Shown: in pieces, positions 58,733 to 64,000 of the stretch
Layout: each line of letters starts with the position of its first letter
How positions within the stretch are numbered: the first letter of the stretch is position 1
Origin: Bilabrum cf. latius
Taxonomy: Eukaryota
DNA: 64,000 bases
Direction: 5' to 3'
Assembly: GCA_965178125.1 (NCBI GenBank)
Contig: OZ237744.1
Span: forward strand, 930,001 to 994,000
The notes under the pieces: model-generated
Database searches by the model: none
What the model was told of the DNA's origin: nothing
The model's input: the letters and a program-made list of their open reading frames with translations, nothing else
Position numbers and translations under genes: made by a program

Positions 58733-61700
58733 TCAGTTTCCCTGCCGGTTCGCCAGATACAGCGGTAGTTCCAGCACTGCTGTTGGCCCGGAAGAATCAG
58801 CCCCAGCCTCCACTCGGATATCGTATCCACCAAGAGGGCACAGCACCTCGAGGGCAAGCTGCACCCAGGCCCTCCCCTGTTCCCCATGCTAGCCTTCTCC
58901 GCCTGGATGCTGCCCATTAATGGATCGAGCCACGCGGGATGTCTCCTCGACCGATGCTGCGAAGCTCATCTGCCCAGCCGATTTCAGGGCACGTTTCGCG
59001 CTCAGACGCCACCTCTCGTCCTCTTTTCTCTGGGTAATGTCTGCTTGCACTTTTGCTACCCCCGTCAGAGCCGAGCTGCCGGTTGCTCCGCCGGGGCCGT
59101 CTTGACCATCCTCTGCTGCGGCACTCGAGGTTCTGTCGCCGTGGATGGCGCGTAAGTCCACCTCACCACGCACCGATTCTTGAGTCACCTGCCATATCTT
59201 GCAAACCACGGCCTCGGGTGCAGCAGCTGCCGATGGAGGCGCCGCGTCTCCGGTCACTAGCCGCGTCGCAGCGCTGTCCAGCGAGCCGGCATACCGCCTC
59301 TGGTCCAGCGCGAGGGGCTGCAGCAGAGACGCGACGGGCTCGGTCATCATGCCAGTAGAGTGGGCAGCGGTGAGGGCTGAGGCGTCAGGCACGGGACAGT
59401 CCTCCCGCGCAGCAGAGCCGAGAAGGAGGGCGGCCTGCACGCCCAGGCAAGCAGGCAGCTCGGGTTCGATTGGCCGTACTCTACCGTGCTAGTGGGCGCG
59501 GAGGCGCTAGCTCACAGGCAGCACATCCACTAGCACGATCCCACGATCCTGACCGATAGGCTTGGTTGTTACTAGCACCTGCAGCTCTACGGCTCGCACT
59601 TCAACTTCGCCGACTGGTCGAACGAACACCTTGAGGTTCTTGAACCCGGACAGCTAGGGCATTTTCCGAGGTCTGCAGGCTTCCACTAGCTTCCTATGCT
59701 GTTCAGCTGCCTCCACTGCATGCCAAGGCAACACACGAACTGTCGGCACAGCAAGCCCGGACTGGTCGACTCGCAGGGTCTGGCTCCAGCCAACGCCGAC
59801 TACTTCCACCGCGATTGCCCGGAGCTTGCTCCACTGTGACGCAGCATCTTGAAGGACCCACCTGCAGGCTGCTCGAAGCGTCTCCTCGCTCAGCTGACCG
59901 CCCGATGCGATTGCAGCAGCTGCAGCCCGAAGCCTGGCGCTGTCCTCACTGCGGTCCTGTGACTCCATGCGCGACCGCTGCTACCGCTGGCGGGCGAACC
60001 ACGGGTCCAGGCTTTGCTTTCGAATCGTGACATCAATTGATAGCTCTGTATAAGGTGTGGTGTTGCTGCCGGATGCAGACCCTGCGGGCGATGGTTCGTC
60101 CCAGTCGGACCACACGGCTCCAACGCACTCGCGTCCATCGAGGCATGCCTCGAGCTCCTCGGCACGTAGATCGGGCTGCACGAGCAGCACCCGCGCGTGA
60201 CACTTTCCCTCAATGTGCGGAGGAATGTGCAAGTCAACTTGCACCGTGTGCTCCTTGCCAGCCTGCCACATGCACACGTCGTCCTCTGCTAGCGATCCTC
60301 GCCGGCGGCTGGGCTGGCCTGCCCGTTGCTCCGTTGATTTCGCGTGCCGATACGCCGCTTGGGCAGCGTCATCATCCCCCCAGTGGAGTCCAGTGATTTG
60401 TGGGCCTACCCCAGGCGTGCACTCGGCATCCGCGCTTTCGAACGTGCAGACGGGTGCATGTGGCGTGCCATCGCCGTCCAGTTCAGGAGCATCGCTCAGG
60501 CCAATACTCGGGTGCTCTAGTGCTGCACGTCCCATATGGGCCACTCCGCATCGAAATTCTCGCTCTGCCGCGACGCATGCCGCCAGCAGTCCCGCCGTCT
60601 GTACGGCGGTCTGCAGCAGGTTGGAGTCATCGCTGAGAGGTGGTAGAGCACGTTGTGCTGCACCAGCCACAGTACCATGACCACTCAGTCCTAAGGATGA
60701 CCTAGCTCCCGACTCGGCCCCTTCACTAGCTCGAACCTCCCGACCAGCCGCCGCGCTATCCTGTGACGCCCCGCCCACCACTTTCGCTGCAGGCAACACA
60801 ACACCGAGAGATGCCAGATCGAGGCATGTCGAGGCCTCCAGCGAGGCTCCTAGCTGCCTGCCAAGGTCTTCGGCCTCTTGGATGCTCACTGTCGCGCGCC
60901 CCCAGTGAGAGAGAGCGGCGCTGCGCCGCAACTGCGCTGCCCACTTGCCCGGACTCGCGCCAGACAGAGCTCGTTCGAAGGTGTGCAGCGTGTCTCTGCG
61001 TACTGGCGAAGCCTCTGCAAGCAGCTGCGGTCTCGAAATCGTACTGGACATCGCGTCGAGCCGATCCAGAGGCTGCTGCAAGGACCGCACCGTGTCGTGA
61101 AAACGAAGGGCCCCCAGTTCTACTTGAGCGCGCACACGCGCAGTCCGCCTGCCCTTCCTCCACTTGACCGCTTGAGAGCCCTCAACCTCACTAGAGCTTG
61201 ATACAGAGCTCGATTCGGGTACATCTAGACCCGATTCACCCAGCGAAGGGAAGCCATGAAGAAGCTGCATCGTCGCCTGTAACCCAGCAAGAGCCAGGGC
61301 AGGCTCGCCGCAAAGCCAGGCCAGCAGCACAAGCTGTCGCAGCGCGAGGCTGGCTTGCGCTGCCTAAGCGCTGTTTACCTGGCCGGTGCACGGGCAGTGC
61401 GGGGCGAAACATCGCCTGATTGACACGTCGATACCAAGCAGACGCACAACAAGCAGAGAGAGCGGCACTAGCACCGCTAAATCCTCGTTCGCGTCTGCCT
61501 CTTCCCAGGGTGACGACAGGCCGGGGCTTGCATCGTCTGCGCAAGACGCTGCTGCCTTTGGAGACCCGACCTTCGCGGCGTCTGATCCACTGGATCCGGC
61601 TGCCTCTTTCGCGTCTTCCTTTGAACCGCCAGCGCTGCCAGAGTCCACGCGGGCTCCCACACCGGCCCCCAGACCGAGGCTGGTGAAGAGGTCACGCACG

Positions 61701-63655
61701 CTGTCAGGGGCAGCTGCTGCTTCTTTGGACGCGGCATGTGACGCGCGCCCAGCGACCGCTTGTGCTGCGCTACCTGCGGCAGATGACTCGTGCAATCCGG
61801 AGGGCACCACTTGGCTGCCAGACGCCTGGCTACCCATCCACTCGGACAGGGCCCCGTGGAGCAGGACCGCCCTGTCGTGGGACAGCCTGAGCAACCCATC
61901 AAAGTCAAATACGGTGTTTCCCGAGGAAGCTAAGCCTGCTGTGATGGTCGACATGAGCACTTCGGCCGCAGACGCGTCCAGACCAGCCGATAGGAACGCC
62001 CGGGCGGTGCGGCAGGCCACAGAGGCCATCTCCTCCACTGTCGTGAAGGTGACTGCCGACAAGTTTCGGGCACATCGGGCCGCTCGACCCACCCTGGCGC
62101 ATTGGGTGCTCTCTGCAGCGCGCTCTTCGGCATCATCTTTCGTCTCTGGCCTCGGTTCAGTGGATCGGATGCTCTTGAGGCCGCTCTTGTCCTCCCATAC
62201 CTGCAGTGCCCTCCCGCCCACCTCGACTGCCCTGACACGGGCGAGGCACGCGCACCCCGCTGCATGCGCGGCAGGCGGTACGGTGTCTCTGCCGCGATGC
62301 TCGCTGCGGAACAGAGCCCACCAGCTGGGCTCAATGGTGGCGAGCGTCGCGTCTGCCAGGGTGAGCGCCAGAGTCTGCATGCCAAGGAGGGGCACGTGCT
62401 CTGAAGACTCCACCAGCTCGATGCACTCGAGGCACGAGGGACCCGGCAGGTCTAGGCGGTCCACCCACAGCGCCGACACGCCTTCCTGCCCTGCCTCGAC
62501 GATGGCCTGCGCCCGCCACCCGTTGATCCTGGCCGCGGCAAGGTAGCCCGGCGACATGCCAAGCGCGTCAAGCTCGAGAGCCTGCCTGTACATCCGGAGG
62601 GCGTCCTCGCCGGCACCCATCAGTAGCGCGTTGTCTGCCTGCTGCACCAACCCGCGAGCCGCGAACCCAGCCTTCACGTCTCGGCGCCTGCGGAACCTAT
62701 CCGACGTCAGCGGACAGACGTCGTACCCTCCGTGCACCACAGCGGCGCAATCCGTCGGGTCCGTCCCCAGGGCCCTGATCCGCTCCACCCTCAGCTCCAG
62801 GATGCTCTGCACGAAGCCTGCCAGGACCAGGTGCAGCACCTCGGCGTCTCGCTGCAGGGTCTGTTCCCCAGGGAACTACTGCTGCAGCGCGGCACTGCTA
62901 GTGGAGGCACTCCCTGCGCCGGGTGCCCCGCCATCGAGGCCGAATGCGGCGTCCTCCTCCTCAGCGGTCTGCAGCCTGGCTGCCTGGCCGGCGGTCGACT
63001 TGGTGTACTGTGCATATGATATGTAGTCGCTCGTGGGCGGCTGTGCACTGGCTTGCTCCGGGGTTGTGTCCACAACCAGGCAGTGCGGGCGGATGCCAGC
63101 GAGTGCTGCTGGACCTCGGAGCTGCGCGAGGCCGTTCGGACCGGATGGCTCGGAACCATCGGTGTCAAATAGGCGATTTGCGAAGTCGCACGCCCAAGGC
63201 GAAGCGAAAAAGCTGTCAATGGCTGCGTTGAGATCTTTGACGCGGGGAGCATAGCACACGCCAAGCACCCCAATAAAATTGTCCTCCTCTGGCCAAGGAG
63301 CATCCTGAAAAGATGCCGATATAGGGCCAGCAGAAACTGCAGACTTGCCTGCTGATTGTCCGTCTTTCCATTTGTGCAGGAACTTGCATTGCGACTGAAT
63401 CTGTTGCGCAAATCGAGCCGCCATTGTGTGAGTCAACGGGACGAAATCAATCTCCGTGTTCCCCTCAAACCCATTATATTCTGACAGTGCAGGCACTTTA
63501 TCTGGACTCAGCCCTATGTTCTCGTTCGGAAACGTGCCAACTGCATCCAAAAGACGCAAGCACCTGACTGGAATGTCCGACCCAACTGGTACCACCAATA
63601 CTCGGTTTCGAGGGACCCACGAGCGATTCGGCGATTCAGATAACGAGGACTTCAT
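58733..63655 (-). CDS. TRAPP II subunit TRAPPC9/Trs120-like protein (~1,640 aa), divergent
   Basis: One frame with 7 TAGs; stop TGA. RVLVVPVG, FIGVLGVC and ARGLVQQADNALLMGAGEDALRMYRQALEL resemble the Trs120 N-terminal and TPR-like segments. Confidence 0.65.
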
Positions 63656-64000
63656 CAATTGCACTGAACCATTTGCACAGCGGCAGTATGACTGATTTTC
63701 TACGAACGTTTCGTACTTGCCAATTTTGAAGACGAAGCATGAATTATTTCATGATATGACACGTCGGCAAATTTCTCAGTAGCTGTGTGTGGGTTCGTGG
63801 AACAGATTGCCTTTCGTAAGCTGTAGCAGGCTTGCAATCCCTTGAATCCAAGGCTCCGCTGCGGTTCTTCGGGACGCCTGAGGGGGTCAGTTAGACCGGT
63901 GCTGCGGCCTGTTCCATGTCACATGACGAGTCGCAAGAGCTATTATTGGGCGATAAGCTGAGCAAATCAAATGACGATAGTCATTCGGCTCAAACTCCTA

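Noticed and set aside
1-64000. Mass pseudogenisation or sequencing error as the cause of broken ORFs
   Set aside because: Interruptions are only TAG, with no frameshifts, and catalytic motifs are intact in essential genes.
1-64000. TAG as pyrrolysine, Trp, Leu or Glu
   Set aside because: Two internal paralog alignments give CAG. MIPEP LY(Q)S, the conserved G(Q) motif and the Gln-repeat contexts agree. Only one site (1471) favours Trp. Pyrrolysine is prokaryotic and site-limited.
1-64000. Ciliate-type UAR=Gln code
   Set aside because: No in-frame TAA was found in exons, and four genes end at TAA (3654, 31053, 52367, 58652).
63656-64000. RNA gene or CDS at the right edge
   Set aside because: No tRNA/rRNA signature or recognisable ORF; probably promoter or intergenic sequence.

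Overview
GC-rich, very gene-dense nuclear DNA from a eukaryotic microbe. It looks stramenopile-like, but that is inference only. The ORF track appears fragmented because the organism does not use the standard code. UAG reads as a sense codon, best fitting glutamine, while UAA and UGA remain stops. With TAG=Gln and ten short GT-AG introns (85-168 nt), the fragments join in frame into 16 complete genes plus one partial gene, separated by 42-555 bp. I count about 93 in-frame TAG codons, including one tandem TAG-TAG, and no in-frame TAA/TGA in exons. All 16 complete genes end in TGA (12) or TAA (4). Genes in order: CDK-type kinase (first exon), epsin/ENTH, a ~7,650-aa DUF3638/DUF3645-SPRY protein, PAK1IP1/MAK11-like WD40, WW-WW-PH protein, purine nucleoside phosphorylase with a C-terminal hydrophobic tail, Ariadne RBR E3, purple acid phosphatase, coiled-coil protein, divergent penta-ubiquitin, mitochondrial intermediate peptidase, ARM-repeat protein, complex I NUUM-like subunit, glucuronokinase fusion, a second Ariadne, HemK2/N6AMT1 and TRAPPC9/Trs120-like. 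No RNA genes, CRISPR arrays or mobile elements were recognised. Gene models and counts were done by eye, and family assignments come from remembered motifs, not database searches.
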